A stretch of 63,988 nucleotides of DNA, filler included, from Octopus bimaculoides (GCF_001194135.2; 7 parts of 4 records of this genome joined end to end with filler, not necessarily neighbours in it); one strand, 5' to 3'; positions 25,075-38,914 are shown, counted from the whole stretch's first letter. Made by a program: numbers and translations. The notes: a model not told the origin generated them from the sequence alone.

Positions 25075-25400
25075 TGTGAGAGAGCAGTGTATGCCATCAA
25101 TGTGACACTGGGGAAAAATATACGAAGCCCAGTATACCCATCATGACTACCTGTCTGATAAGGCTACACCAGGCACACGCACTACAACCATATGTGCGCT
25201 ACATATTGATCTAATATCAAGAAAAATAGTGCATGACCTTGCAAGTGGGGTCCAGTTAGAATTTTCTTCAACTTGAGTAGCCCATTCCGCTCAAAATGTC
25301 CCTGAATAAGGTTTATTTAAGGATGTTGAACGAAGCACTCGTGCTTCCAGAGGTGAGTTATTCAAACACCAAAGAATTCCTTTTAGCACATGGCTATAAT
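25075..25400. repeat. Dispersed repeat family F (unclassified, abuts (TAA)n); second copy at 47728-48240
   Basis: Direct alignment of shared blocks (TATACGAAGCC..TATACCC.TCATGA.TACC; CCAGTTAGAATTTT; CCCTGAATAAGG). Confidence 0.75.
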
Positions 25401-25501
25401 GTGTTATATACCGTGGTCGATGTAATAGACTTACCCCACCCCCCGAAAGTGCTAGCTTTGTGCCAAAAAAAACAAAAAACAACAACAACAACAACAACAA
25501 C

Positions 25502-25548
<47 letters not shown>

Positions 25549-25550
<2 letters not shown>

Positions 25551-25980
25551 CGTATCTGTCAAGACCTACCAAAAACTGAGCAAATATAAAGATCTTGAAA
25601 TAGAAATTAGCAAAATGTGGAATCTGAAGACGAAAACAATACCTATTGTCATAGGTGCCCTGGGAATGACAGCGAAACGGGCTGATTACTACCTAGCTCA
25701 GATACCAGGAAACCCCAAAATGGCTGAAGTTCAAAAGATAGTGCTCATGGGAACTGCCCATATCCTACGTAAAATACTGTCTATGTGATCTCAAATTTTA
25801 AAGCAAACACATAATTTTCTNNNNNNNNNNNNNNNNNNNNNTGAACAAAACTGTACAAATCCAAATATATGGTACCCTAGGCATAACACCTACATGAACT
25901 TCTAACTTGTTGTCTCTTGAGGTCTTTGGGTGAGACTTGGATCCAACTTGTACAAATGCAAAACAAAAGTCAAACATAAA
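25549..25980 (+). mobile_element. R4/Dong-like non-LTR retrotransposon 3' end (RLE C-terminus, frame 25549-25788 uninterrupted), 5'-truncated, in (TAA)n
   Basis: NVSVKTYQKLSKYKDLEIEISKMWNLKTKTIPIVIGALGMTAKRADYYLAQIPGNPKMAEVQKIVLMGTAHILRKILSM*; (TAA)n on both sides. Confidence 0.85.
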
Positions 25981-25990
25981 AAAATAATAA

Positions 25991-26073
<83 letters not shown>

Positions 26074-26096
26074 AATAATAATAATAATAATAATAA

Positions 26097-26290
26097 GGCG
26101 GCGAGCACGCCGGGCAAAATGCTAAGCAGTATTGTGTTCTGAGTTCAAATTCCGCCGAGGTCGACTTTGCCTTCCATCCTTTCGGGGTGGATAAATTAAG
26201 TACCGGTCAAGTACTAGGGTCGATCTGATCGACTATTCCCCTCCTTACAAAATTCTAGGCCTTGTGCCTATAGTAGAAAGGATTATTATT
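26097..26290 (+). mobile_element. SINE family A
   Basis: Family head, B-box GAGTTCAAATTCC and tail to GTAGAAAGGATTATT. Confidence 0.88.
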
Positions 26291-27146
26291 ATTATTGTTG
26301 TTGTATGTTGTTGTTGTTGTTGTTTATAATAGTCATAATTATTTTTACATATCTAGTTCCGATCTATAAACACTTAGAGAACTCTACAAAATTGCTTGTA
26401 ATTAACCAAACATTTGGTGTATTTGATACTTTCATTCACAGCGTGATGGAGTCATTTGGTAAGAATGTCAGGAGGAAGTAATCGAACGTCAGCTCATCAT
26501 GAAAGGTATTAATAGATATAATTAAGTCTATTTGACTAGACGGTAATAACTGTAGCGGGTAATTTCGTTTGTTGCTTTTCCAATATTTCAGTATACAGTT
26601 TCCAATTCACAGTTCTGCGAGTGTTAAATGTCATTGCTGTTTAATACGGGTAAGGCCAGTGAACTTATTCGGTTACTGGAAACTAGAGTTCCAATTTCAG
26701 CGTTCACTCCGTATTAAGAGCTCAGGTTCTGTTTTTCTTTTCTTTTTTTTTTCTTTTTAGCTATGGTTGTAATTATGTACATAGAAAAGTAATTTGACAT
26801 CTTGAAGACACAATATTAATTAAAAAATAGAATGCCATTTTGAGTCTTATCTGTGAAAAATACTCTTTCTCACGACTGCTGCATCTTCTTTCCGTGTAAA
26901 ACGTGGGCTTGGTAGTCCTTCTTGGCACTGTATCAATCGTATCAAGCTTTGCTAATGGTCTGCACTAGTTTCAATGTATTTGAAGTTTTCTCTTCCTCTT
27001 TGATAAAAAACATTACAGACAAACATAATAGAAAACAAAACAAGAATTAATGGGAAACTTTTAAAAGACTAATTTTGTAAGCTTGCAATATATATCGTTG
27101 CTAGTATGTTTGTCTCTCAAACCCTCTTTCATGGGGCCGAAGAGAC

Positions 27147-27416
27147 GATAGTCTGAAGGCGCTAAATTATTCCAGTGACGAAGAAGTGAAAACTGTAGTG
27201 AAGAAGTGGCTCAAAAAACAGTCAACAGAATTTTACGGGGCAGAGATATATGATCTCATTCGAAGGTGGAACATTGCTATTGAGAGAAACGGTGACTATG
27301 TTGAAAAGTAGGGATGTGATCCACAGAGGACCAGCTTGATGTATGATACAAGTTCCTGTGTTGGTAATTATACGTGTCCTAAACAAAATAGCATTACTTT
27401 TTGACTCACCCTCGTA
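27147..27416 (+). mobile_element. mariner transposon 3' end (transposase C-terminus plus right TIR)
   Basis: LKALNYSSDEEVKTVVKKWLKKQSTEFYGAEIYDLIRRWNIAIERNGDYVEK*; TIR TTACTTTTTGACTCACCCTCG followed by TA. Confidence 0.87.
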
Positions 27417-27422
27417 TATACG

Positions 27423-27461
<39 letters not shown>

Positions 27462-27611
27462 NNNNNNNNNNNNNNNNNNNNNNNNNNNNNNNNNNNNNNN
27501 NNNNNNNNNNNNNNNNNNNNNNNNNNNNNNNNNNNNNNNNNNNNNNNNNNNNNNNNNNNNNTATATATATATATATATACATACATCTATGTATGCGTGT
27601 GTGTTTGTATG

Positions 27612-27645
<34 letters not shown>

Positions 27646-28446
27646 CGTTTGTGTACGTATGTGTACTAAAACGTCATTCAGTGCTGAAATTCGTTTGTTT
27701 TGATTTTGTTGCTAAATACAATAACTAGAGTTACACAAAAACACTTTTACCCTCACCAAATAGAAGACGTTTCGGTGCAAGATAACATATTTTATATATG
27801 GTCTATATTCTTTTCATATTTATGTATTTATTTATTCAGAAATTTTACTCTGGAATAGGTATAAAACACATTGTCTCTGCAAGTTCATTGCGGTCTAAAA
27901 CACTACAGCTTTATATGTAGTTTCTGAGATATTTTGGGGCATCACATAATATTCTTGTTCGTTCATTGACATTGAGAAAAATCAACAGAAACAGTAACGT
28001 TTTAAAGTTTGGGAAAATTTATGTGAAAGGTGTAAAAAAAAAATCATGAATTTAAAAGTTTCCCCATTAAAAAGAGACCCTTTTTTTTCTATTTGGAAAG
28101 TAACTTATCTTCCAGCATACAAGTCGAAATTTTCAGAACAAAATTTAGAGCCAAGAAAGGCAAGTTGATTTATACACCAAAATGACTTTGGAGTACCAAA
28201 TATTCCATAGAAAATAGAGAAGGATTTGGAAAGATAGTGAAGATGCTTGAATGTTTACACTACGTATTCATACAATGTACTACCTTGACTTATATGCTGG
28301 AAAATACGGTAGAATGGCATCGATGTCAATGCAATGAAGTATATAAGATCGGAAGAGCGNNNNNNNNNNNNNNNNNNNNNNNNNNNNNNNNNNNNNNNNN
28401 NNNNNNNNNNNNNNNNNNNNNNNNNNNNNNTATATATATGTATATA

Positions 28447-28609
28447 GGCGCAGGAGTGGCTGTGTAGTAAGTAGCTTGCTTACCAACTACATGGTTCCGG
28501 GTTCAGTCCCACTGCGTCGCACCTTGGGCAACTGTCTTCTACTACAACCTTGGGCCGACCAAAGCCTTGTGACTGGATTTGGTAGACGGAAATTGAAAGA
28601 ATCCCGTCG

Positions 28610-28640
<31 letters not shown>

Positions 28641-28804
28641 TTGTCCCTCTACCATCGCTTGACAACCGTAACTTAGCAGTTCAGCCAAGAAGACCGATAG
28701 AATAAGTACTAGAGTTACAAAGGATAAGTCCTCGGGTCGATTTGCTCGACTAAAGGCGGCGCTCCAACATGGCCGCAGTCAAATGACTGAAACAAATAAA
28801 AGAA

Positions 28805-28805
<1 letters not shown>
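28447..28805 (+). mobile_element. SINE family C, near full length (tRNA head, CORE-like CACCTTGGGCAA motif, internal TA/TG microsatellite)
   Basis: A-box TGGCTGTGTAGT, B-box GGGTTCAGTCC; body and tail shared with the other C copies. Confidence 0.88.
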
Positions 28806-28850
<45 letters not shown>

Positions 28851-29144
28851 GGGAAAACGAATTTCTAAATCAGTCAGGTACAACCCTTCAATATTACATG
28901 CATCTGCATATCGTACCTTGGAGTTTTATCTATTTGCGGATGACGGAGTATTTGATGAAGTGTATCTGAAAGCGTTGTTAAAACATTTTCATTCAGGATT
29001 AGTAATATTAATGATGGCATTTTTGAAAACAATCAGTGGCGGCTCTGTACAAAAAGTAAAGCCCTACGTACAACAAATTGTCATTAAATTAGTGGCGGCA
29101 GAAGAATTATCGTTGAACTTTTAAAAGGTAAATTTATTATTGCC

Positions 29145-29254
29145 TATGGCTAGCTATATGTTGCTTGTTCAAGAGTAGAGAATGGAAACAAGCTATTTGT
29201 ACTGACCCCGAATGGAAAGACAAAAATGTTGTTTATCATGCAGCTCTGCAATAA
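29145..29254 (+). mobile_element. Helitron PIF1-helicase C-terminal fragment
   Basis: YG*LYVACSRVENGNKLFVLTPNGKT-KNVVYHAALQ* (HGQLYVACSRV motif); possible CTAG|T 3' end at 29403-29407. Confidence 0.82.
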
Positions 29255-29639
29255 GTTTCAAGTCGACAAATTATATCATTGTTTTGATGAAAATTGCTCA
29301 TTGCTTAAAAAATATTGTTCAAGTTTAATAAAATTTAATATGTACTCAATCTATGAAGTGTCATAGTTGGGCCCAAAACCCAATGGGAAGCCTTCTACAG
29401 GAGCTAGTTTAAAAGGCGCTCTATCGGGCGGCTTTTAAGCAGGTATATATATATATATAATACAAATAATATGTGAGTATATGCATATATACGTACATGT
29501 ATGTACATACCTACATCTACATGTATATATAGATGCATATCTGGGTACAAGTCATCACAAAAAACGTGGACAAAATGAAAAACGAGAACAAAAACAAAGC
29601 ACGGAAACCAAACTTTTTTTCAGACAACGGTAGGAACAC

Positions 29640-29860
29640 ACAGGATTGATAGAGAGATAATAGCAAGCTAGATAAAACCTAGATACATAGATAGACAAAC
29701 AAGTAAATACATAGACAGATAGACAGACTCAAATATAGACACATAGAAAAATAGAAAGATAGACAGGCAGACAGGCAGGCAGACAGACAGACAGGCAGGC
29801 AGACAGATAGATAGGCAGATAGGCAGGCAGGCAGACAGACAGACATAGACACTGCGAGTG
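29640..29860. repeat. (AGAT/AGAC/AGGC)n tetranucleotide compound repeat
   Basis: Direct. Confidence 0.85.
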
Positions 29861-30579
29861 AAAGATAGCTGTATAGATAATCTAGCTTACTAGTTTAATG
29901 TTAGATATATTAATGTAAGCCTTTTAAATGCATTTAGGGAAAACCGAAGCAGTAGGATAAAGAGTTAAAACCTAGCTGCTTTTGTTTTTTAAATAATAAA
30001 ATACAAAATTTTATGATCTGACCTGAACCGACCTGATCTCAAGGAATGCCTATCTATGGAAAATATTAAATGATTCCCATACTTTTCTTTTCATCTACAC
30101 CATACAAGTATGCACACACACACACACATACACACACACACGCACACACACGCACGCACACACACGCACACACGCACGCACACACACACACAAGCACACA
30201 CACGCAACCACATACACACACAGATACTTCCCCACTAGACTAGGTATGCAGAGTTAGCTCGGTGATTTACGAAGACGGGTCCACATTTTTCACTGAAATA
30301 AGGGAACTGAAAAAAAAAACTATATTGGACTGAGCAAAAGTGACTTCGAACACACACGCACGCGCGCACACACAAACAAACAAATATGCACACACTCACA
30401 CACACACACACTCACACACACACACACTCACACACACACACACTCACACACACACACACTCACACACACACACACACTCACACACACACACACTCACACA
30501 CACACACACTCACACACACACACACTCACACACACACACACTCAAGCACACACACACACACTCACGCAAACACATACAC

Positions 30580-31010
30580 ACACAGATACTACTCCACTAG
30601 ACTAGGTATGCGGGGTTAGCTCGGTAATTTACGAAGACGGGGCCACTTTTTCACTGAAATAAGGGAACCAAAAGAAAGAAAACTATATTGAACTGAGCGA
30701 AAGCGACTTCGAAAAGTGATATGCCAATACCAATCTTCTTTCTAGCACGTAGACAAAAAGAGCAGCATAATGCTCGCAAACCACGTCAAGGTCCTGAAGA
30801 ACAGCGATATATCACACACCATCAAGTGGAATATCGTAGAGACCTGAGCCAGATATTAATTGGTCAAAAAATGCAGGCTGTGTATAGCTGGAGGAACACA
30901 CCTCCTTATTAGATTGAAGAATTGTACCGGCATTTTAAACTGGAGATCACAGATTGTTACAAGATGTTTGCATCTCGACAAGTTTTTGCTATCGAACTGG
31001 AATACGCATG
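30580..31010 (+). mobile_element. Penelope-like element, degenerate GIY-YIG endonuclease region
   Basis: CPLD*VCGVSSVIYE...NYIELSESDFEK...SSIMLANHVKVLKNSDISHTIKWNIVET...KKCRLCI...ILNWRSQIVTRCLHLDKFLLSN; the upstream duplicate at 30220-30350 retains YIG (NYIGLSKSDFE). Confidence 0.78.
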
Positions 31011-32004
31011 TTAGCCTTTTCTCCATCTGACTACCCCAACTAGGCATAGTTTCAGTTATTTTGTTGGTTTTGTTTTTTAGGTGAAAATACTCAACATTGC
31101 AACTTTCTTCATTTAACAATTAAAGAAACATAACCTTTATCCACCTTTCCCCTTTACGTTTTCTCGTACTTTCTTGCATTTCTTCACAGAGTAACCCTGT
31201 CGTTTGAGCCTGAATGACTGTCGGGTGTATGATGCATAGTGCACTATACAAGCCTGTCCCGTTGCTGTACTATCTGAGCATAAAACTTGAAGTAGCTCAT
31301 GAATAACTCATGTATTCATTAGATCATATGTATTATACATACATATGTGTGTGTGTTCCTACTTTATATNNNNNNNNNNAGAGAGAGAGAGAGAGAGAGA
31401 GATAGAGAGACATTACTAAGGTGACTAAGGGTACTAGTTAGAACCAGTATTGCTAGAAATAAGAGTCAGAACAACTCTTAGCCACGAAAATGAGTGACAA
31501 GGGAGACTAGCTTCCTAGCGCAAGCGAGACAGAGCCATATTATCAATGATTTCGGATTTGATTAATTCTCATCAGTGACTTTCACCCGGTGTGTATATAT
31601 ACACACACACACACACACACACAAAGACGCAGAAGCAACGTGGTCGTTCAGCCTACAAGAAATGACAGTTTAATATCCTTCAAATAACACCCTGCAACAG
31701 AGGTGAAGTATTTTTGATTTACGTACGGCTGCACTGAAGTTAACAGCCATATGTGAAAATTACATTCTAAAATATTTTTCTTTCAATCAAACCGATTACT
31801 TTATACAATATAATTATTCATTAAAAACTTTCACAAAATATTTTTAAAATAAACAACCGCTCCCCTAAACCTCTTCGGTCTAATTTCTATAAATGCATAC
31901 ATACATATATGCATACATATACACACATATATATATATATGTGTATGTATGTGCATACACACACACACACACACATGTATATACAGTTAAAGGAACAATG
32001 AGAT

Positions 32005-32388
32005 GTTGTTGGTTGATGGCACTCCGTCGTTTACGATGTCGAGGGTTCCAGTTTATCCGACCAACGGAACAGCCTGCTCGTGAAATTAACGTGCAAGTGG
32101 TTGAGCACTCCACAGACAAGTGTACCCTTAACGTAGTTCTCGAGGATATTCAGCGTGACACAGTGTGACAAGGCTGACCCTTTGAATTACAGGCACGACA
32201 GAAACAGGAAGTAAGAGAAAGTTGTGGTGAAAGAATACAGCAGGGTTCGCCACCATCCCCTGCCGGAGCCTCGTGGAGCTTTAGGTGTTTTCGCTCAATA
32301 AACACTCACAACGCCCGGTCTGGGAATCGAAACCGCGATCCTATGACCGCGAGTCCGATGCCTAACCACTGAGCCATTGCGCCTCCAC
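32005..32388 (-). mobile_element. SINE family B, full length, 12-bp TSD
   Basis: tRNA-like head GGAGGCGCAATGGCTCAGTGGTTAGG...GGTTTCGATTCC; TSD GAACAATGAGAT at 31993-32004 and 32389-32400. Confidence 0.93.
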
Positions 32389-32706
32389 GAACAATGAGAT
32401 ACACAGACACCATATTAGTGAGAAGAATAAAGAGCAGCGAGTTCCGTGAGTTCTGGCAGCCTAATAAGCTGCAGACAAAGACAATTAAATTGTAATACAA
32501 TATAATACTCTATCGTATCATATTAGTCTTTTTGGTTAATTGCCTGACAACTAAGTACTCTTAACACGTGCATACATAACATATACGTACACATGTGCGT
32601 ATATTTTTCATTCATCGACACATGTAGGTGTATAGGCAAAATATAATACGCTCAACATGTGTGCGCGTATGTATGTGTGTGTGCGTGTGTGTGTGTGTGT
32701 GTGTTC

Positions 32707-32767
<61 letters not shown>

Positions 32768-33487
32768 ATAAATAGATCCAGCTTACACAGAGTACAAACG
32801 ACAGAGAAAAAGATAGCGGGAAAGTAAGGTGTTACAAGTCCAACAGTTGTTTCTGGGGGCTCGGACATCCATCTTTTAATGTTCGTAGATGTAGTTCATA
32901 AAATGCAAGTCTTAATAAGAAGCAATCAACGTTAGATAAATCCAACCTCCGTTATCTGGATAGAAATGAACTTCATTTTCAAATCATAGTGCAGAGAAGT
33001 TCAAAGGTGGAGTGATTTATATGTAGAAAGCAAGCAATATTAAAGGGAGGAAGTAGAAAGGTCGGTGGGGCTATGGAGTGTTAGGACAGCGAAAGTGAGA
33101 GGAGATAAGAGAGCTAGTTCAAGAACAGACAGGGGGTTTGATAATGAAGGTATTAAGTGGGATGGTAAGTGGGATCTATTAATATAACTATCTATATATT
33201 TATACACAAATACTCATCGTCTGAAAGTCTCCTCTCTTTGCTTTCTCTCGTTTTGCATTTATACATATATACATATTTTGTACTTCATACCCAAACTGTT
33301 ATATTTGATATACTTAATTTGTTTATCTGCATAATTGCCTGCATATTTGCTCGAGTTGATCCTTCTTATAGCCAGTCTTTACTCCGCAGAATTGATCCCC
33401 TGTAAAGACATTGGAGTCTAAGTTTGAATCATTTCAGCGCTATTAAGTGTCTTCTATACTGAGAACCTTTGGATTTTATCTGTTGAC

Positions 33488-33573
<86 letters not shown>

Positions 33574-33861
33574 CCTATGTGCACACCTGCATCCAAATAT
33601 ACATCTGTATATATGCATATGTGTATATGTGTATATACATGTGTGCACATTTGAGTAGTGGTAAGATGAATACATACATACATATATATATATATGTGTG
33701 TGTATGTGTGTGTGTGTGTGTGTAGATGTGTGTACTTCGAGATCAAATTTCAAAATATAGTTATTTCTCGTTCTCTCAGAAGTTTATCAATTCTTATGAC
33801 GTCAACAACATACAATTCTCGCTGGTAAGAATATAGATTCTCAAATGAATAAAAGAAGTTC

Positions 33862-33945
33862 GAAGGATTGCTTTGGCCCAATGATAGAACGCTTGTCATG
33901 GCAACAGAAGTGGGTTCGATTCCCATCGTCAGCCTTCAATTTTTT
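33862..33945 (+). pseudogene. tRNA-like remnant (A/B boxes, T-run), acceptor stem broken
   Basis: TGGCCCAATGA, T-arm GTGGG-TTCGATT-CCCAT, downstream TTTTTT; the cloverleaf is incomplete. Confidence 0.4.
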
Positions 33946-34384
33946 CTATCCACAATTTTTTCATTCCAAAAGGATTTTTCAGCCCAAAGTTTACATGGAA
34001 TTATTTATAGCGCTGTGCTACGAGATCCAACTCCAAAAAAAAAAAAAAGAATTATCACGTTCTCTCGAAAGTGGATTAATTCTTATAACGTCAATAGATA
34101 GATAGATATGTATGTATATAAAATTATGTACACACACACATATGTGTGTTTGCGTATGTACTTGTAAGTATGTGTCTGAGTATATGCACACACACACTTG
34201 TATGTATACAAAGGACAGAAAAAAAAAAACAGACAAGAGCACGAAGAAAATTTTATATGTTCAGAAAACAATTAGTGAATTCATTTCATCATTAGCCAAG
34301 TTTCCATTCACACACGCGAGGTATATAACTATGATCCTTCCGGCAATATTGCGGAATTATGATATACATATATATATATATATT

Positions 34385-34417
<33 letters not shown>

Positions 34418-35302
34418 TATGCGTATATTTATGTATACAATATATGTTATATGCACATACGTTTACTCACTCCCACACCGAAAGATTTCCTTCATCCCTC
34501 TCCCTACTTATCCCTACTTATTCTTGTGACTTTTCTGCCCTCCTCCTCTCGTTTCTCACTCCCAACAAGCGTCATTTCAGCATAAAATAATGAGCGAAAA
34601 CAAAATATCGAAAAAGAAAGGAAATAAGAGGAAAACAATTGCAAAATTAATGCAATATTTCTGTAATTTTATTCCCACTGTTTTCCATCTATTAACAATA
34701 ACTTGCTCTTTTTTCTTCTTTTTTTTTTCTTTTACTTCTAATGGGGTGGTTAGCAATTATTTATTCTTCAATGTAAAGCATATTGTAAAAGTTCGAATCC
34801 AGTTGCAGTTTAGTATTCTCTATTGCAGTCAAGAAAAGATTGTCTCCCATTATTTGCAGCAATCTTCAATGTGGAAGCATAGAATGATGTTTCTAATCTA
34901 GTTTAAAGTCAAGTATTCTACATTGTATTTTAGATCTACTACCACACACCATGTTTCGTAGACGTACATTTCGAAATATTTATATATCATCAGCAGAAGT
35001 CGCTAATATTTATATTTATATTATTAGGGAATTTAAAGCCAGAATCGTTAGTACACCGGACTTCATGCTTAGCAGCTTTTCGCCCGTCTTTACGTTCTAA
35101 ATAAAATTCCATTGACGTCGGCTTTACCTTTCATCTCTTTCGGGCTCGATAAAATAAGTACTAATCAAGCACGGGAGTCGATGCGATCAACAAACCCCTT
35201 CCTCCAAAATTTCAAACCTTGTGCCTACAGGAGAAAAGTTTATTAGGGAATTTAAGTCAAATTTTTATTCTTCAAAGTTATCTATAAACCTTTGGTGTAC
35301 AG

Positions 35303-35574
35303 CAGGAGTTCCCCAAACTCCAAACCATGGATCATCAATGCCGGGCTGCACAGAAAGAATAAAGTTTTGAATTTTAAATTTTACTGCTATTCTATTGACA
35401 ATCGCAGTATGCAGTGATTTTTTTCTTTATATATATATATGTCTTATATATGTAATAATTAAATGATACAGTATACACTTTATTGTGCTTTGTTATGCAC
35501 CTGATACCCTGATTCGTAGAGAATTGTGTTACATGAAACCGGTCCGTGATACAAAAAATGGTTGGAGATCACTG
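35303..35574. mobile_element. hAT-type MITE
   Basis: Ends CAGGAGTTCCCCAAAC ... CCGGTCCGTGATACAAAAAATGGTTGGAGATCACTG, typical of Charlie/MER20-like termini. Confidence 0.65.
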
Positions 35575-36158
35575 GTATTGAGGAAAACTGAAATGAAATA
35601 AGGGTACGAACAATGATATCTTCATCCATCAAGCTAGACCCATTTAGTAACATCTAAACGTTATTCATTGGGATTTTTACAGAAGAAATTCATTCAGATT
35701 GATGTGGTTTTGCTTGCAAAGGATGAAATGAATATACATATATTGTGCAATGGATTAACTCTTCTTCATTGGGACCAGGTGATGTGGTAGGTTAATCCCA
35801 GCGTAAAAGAGATCAAGGTTTCATCCATTCTGGCAAAGCCTCACCAATTTCAATGAATTTCTTTGGTGAAAATCATTTAAATTGAGTAAATATACTTATT
35901 TTTATTTTTAATAATTTTCGTTTTTTTCTCTTTCTTCTCCAGTACGTGTTAAGTTCATAAACAATAAGTCTTCACTTGCAGGTTTTTATGAAAATAATAA
36001 TAATAATAATAAAATTATAATAAAAAATATTCTAAATAAAGTATTTAGTTTCTTCTTCGTGCACACACACATACACATACGAAACAATGCAGGGCCATCT
36101 TAGTTGCATTATAAGACCCCGGGAAAATCTGTGCTCTGAGCTCTATAGTATTTATTTA

Positions 36159-36900
36159 GGCGGCGAACTGGCAGAATCACTAGCACGCCAGGCGAAATGC
36201 TTAGCAGTATTTCGTCTGCCGCTACGTTCTGAGTTCATATTCCGCCGAAGTCGACTTTGCCTTTCATTCTTTCGGGATCGATAAATTAAGTACCAGTTGC
36301 GCACTAGAGTCAATCTAATCGACTGCCCACCTCCTCAAAATTTCGGGCCTTGTGCCTAGAGTAGAAAAGTGTAATATCATGGGGGCAGTAGTAGTGACTG
36401 TATTAGTATTGTTGTTGTTGGTAGTGGTGGTGGTGGTAGTGATGGTAGTGGTGGTGGTGGTAGTGGTGGTGGTGGTGGTGGTGGTGTTAAAAGCACAATG
36501 AAAGTTGGCGGGCAGACAGAATTAATAAAGGTTACAAATTTTGGGACAGGGTCAGTAACTTTAGGGAAGGGATATAGTCAACTATATCGTCCCCAGTACT
36601 TGACTGGTATTTATTTTAACGACCTTCGACGAATGGAAGGCAAAGTTGTACACGTCGGAATTTGAACTCGGAACGTACTGAATCGGAAGAAATGCTGCTA
36701 GACCAACTCGCCGCCTCAGGAGGCGGGGGAATCGAATAATAATCCTTTCTACTCTAGGTACAAGGTCTGAAACTTTTGACAGGACGTGAGTGGGACTTGT
36801 CCATTATATCGACCCCAGTGCTCAACTGGTCCTTATTTCATCGGCCACAAAGAAGATGAAAGGCAGAAATCGACCTCGTGATTTTGAACTCAGAACGTAC
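36159..36900. mobile_element. SINE family A cluster: + copy 36159-36366; - copies ~36575-36716 and ~36740-36900
   Basis: Family head and tail motifs in both orientations. Confidence 0.82.
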
Positions 36901-37512
36901 GTATATTCGGGAGAATATGCCAGGCTTTGTTAGCTCGTCATCAGATGACAATTGATGATGGCGGTGGTGGTCATGATGGTGGAGGCGACAGCTCAAATAG
37001 ATCGAACCACTGCGTAGAAGTTCACTCGTTGGCTTACGAATAAAAGTACAGATTACCTACCCAGTGAGCTGATCGATACCCGTTCTTCTGTTTTTAGCCT
37101 GAATTGGTTGAAGGGATACCACAAAACTAGCGGATATTGTCAAGGTAGTGAATGCCTGTTGTCGTTGTTTACAATAGTGCTGACGACGACGATGACGATG
37201 ATGACGACGATAATGATGATGGTGATGATGATGGTGGTGATGGTGGTGGTGGTGGGGATGATGATAATGATGATCGGGAGGTGGTGGTGCTGCTGCTGTT
37301 ACTACTACGACTGTTTTTGGAAGTGGCAGTGGCAGTGGAGAAGCTATTTCAAATGATATGGACGTTGATGATCGTGATGATCATTGGTGATGATGATGAT
37401 GATGATGGTGACGACGACGACGACGACGACGATGATGGTAATGATGACAATGCTGATGGCAGTGGTTGTAATGGTGATGATAATAGTAACAATGATGTTG
37501 GTGGTCGTGGTC

Positions 37513-37551
<39 letters not shown>

Positions 37552-37901
37552 ATGGTGGTGGTGATGGTGGAATGCAATATTACTTGACGACTTGTATTCA
37601 TTTTTGCTTCGTTCCCATTAGGGAAGCAAAAATACAAACAAAGAGTAAAAATAAAAAAAAAAATAAAAAAACTCCCCACACTGTCGACTTTCGATGTTTC
37701 TGGCAGTCACCGAATGCAGGCCCTTTGGCGTACCCGTCTAATGATTCAGCTAACGAGGGCTTGGCGCCAAACCTGTGAGAACGCAGACAGACATCGTCCT
37801 ATCATCTACTATAAAGAACATTACATATATATATATATATACATATATACATACATTCATATATATATATATATATATATGTCTCATATATATATATATA
37901 G

Positions 37902-37937
<36 letters not shown>

Positions 37938-38246
37938 TGTATGTATATGTGGATGGATGTATGTATATGTGTGTATGGTTAGTGTGTTTGCCATGATTGT
38001 GCGCATATGAGCGAGCGTGTGCGAGCGCATCTTTGTGGGTTTGGGTGTGTGATTGTGTGGGTGCTTTTGTTTATATGAATGTTTTTGTAGATATTTATTA
38101 TAGTTTGTCTCGGACTGAATCAGAATCGCTTGCGTTGGGTTTTTTTTTTGTTTTTCTTTTGTCTTATTTTTCTTTTATTGTTGTTCTTTTTCTTTGTCTG
38201 TTGCTGTGATTGCTGATGTGGATAGGCACAAATGAATAGATTTCGT

Positions 38247-38914
38247 TGACGAGCTGGCAGAATCGTTAGCACACCGGACAAAATGCTTAGCAAAAATTTC
38301 TTCCGGTTCTCTGTTCAGCGTTCAAATTCCGCTCAGGTCGACTTTGTTTTTTATCCTTTCGGGAACGATGAAATAAGTACCGGTTGAGCACTGGTGTCCC
38401 TGTAACCGACTTAACCCCTCCCGGTAAAATTGCTGGCCTTTATGCTTATAGAAGAAATGATTGATTATTATTACTATTTTTTCTACTTTAGGCACAAGGC
38501 CCGAAATTTTGAGGGAAGGGGCCAGTCGAATATATTGACTGTACGCTACTGGTACTTAATTTATCAATCCCGAAAGGATGATAGGCAAAGTTGGCCTCAG
38601 CGGAATTTGAACTCAGAACGTAAAGCCGGATGAAATGCCACGAAGCATTTCGCCCGGCGTGCTAACGATTCTGCCAGCTCGCTGCTCTTTATCATTATTA
38701 CTATTATCACAGCAGTGAGCAGGTAGAATCGTTAGCACGCCGAACAAAATGTTTAGCGATATTTCTTCCGGCTTTATATTCTAAGTTCAAATTCCACCGA
38801 GGTCGACCTAGCCTTTCATCCTTTCGATGTCGATTAAATAAGTACCAGTTGAGCATTGGGGAGTATTTAACTGATTTCTCCTTCCCCTAAAATTGCTGAT
38901 CTTGTGTCTGTAGT
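38247..38914. mobile_element. Three SINE A copies in alternating orientation (+ 38247-38460, - 38480-38687, + 38712-38914)
   Basis: Direct; head-to-head inverted match CGTGCTAACGATTCTGCCAGCTCGCTGC / GCAGTGAGCAGGTAGAATCGTTAGCACG. Confidence 0.87.

Noticed and set aside
27760-27800. CCGAAACGTC (minus strand) as a further hammerhead
   Set aside because: No CUGANGA box or stem II upstream.
31205-31300. Hammerhead at the end of the 30.6-31.0 kb PLE remnant (CTGAATGA ... GCATAAAAC)
   Set aside because: The core boxes are imperfect and far apart, with no convincing stems.
32005-32388. Assigning SINE families A-D to published octopus names (OK/OR1/OR2, Ceph-SINE)
   Set aside because: I cannot verify consensus identities without a Repbase/SINEBase alignment, so neutral labels are used.
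33862-33945. Functional tRNA gene
   Set aside because: The acceptor stem does not pair and the anticodon loop is non-canonical; kept only as a low-confidence remnant.
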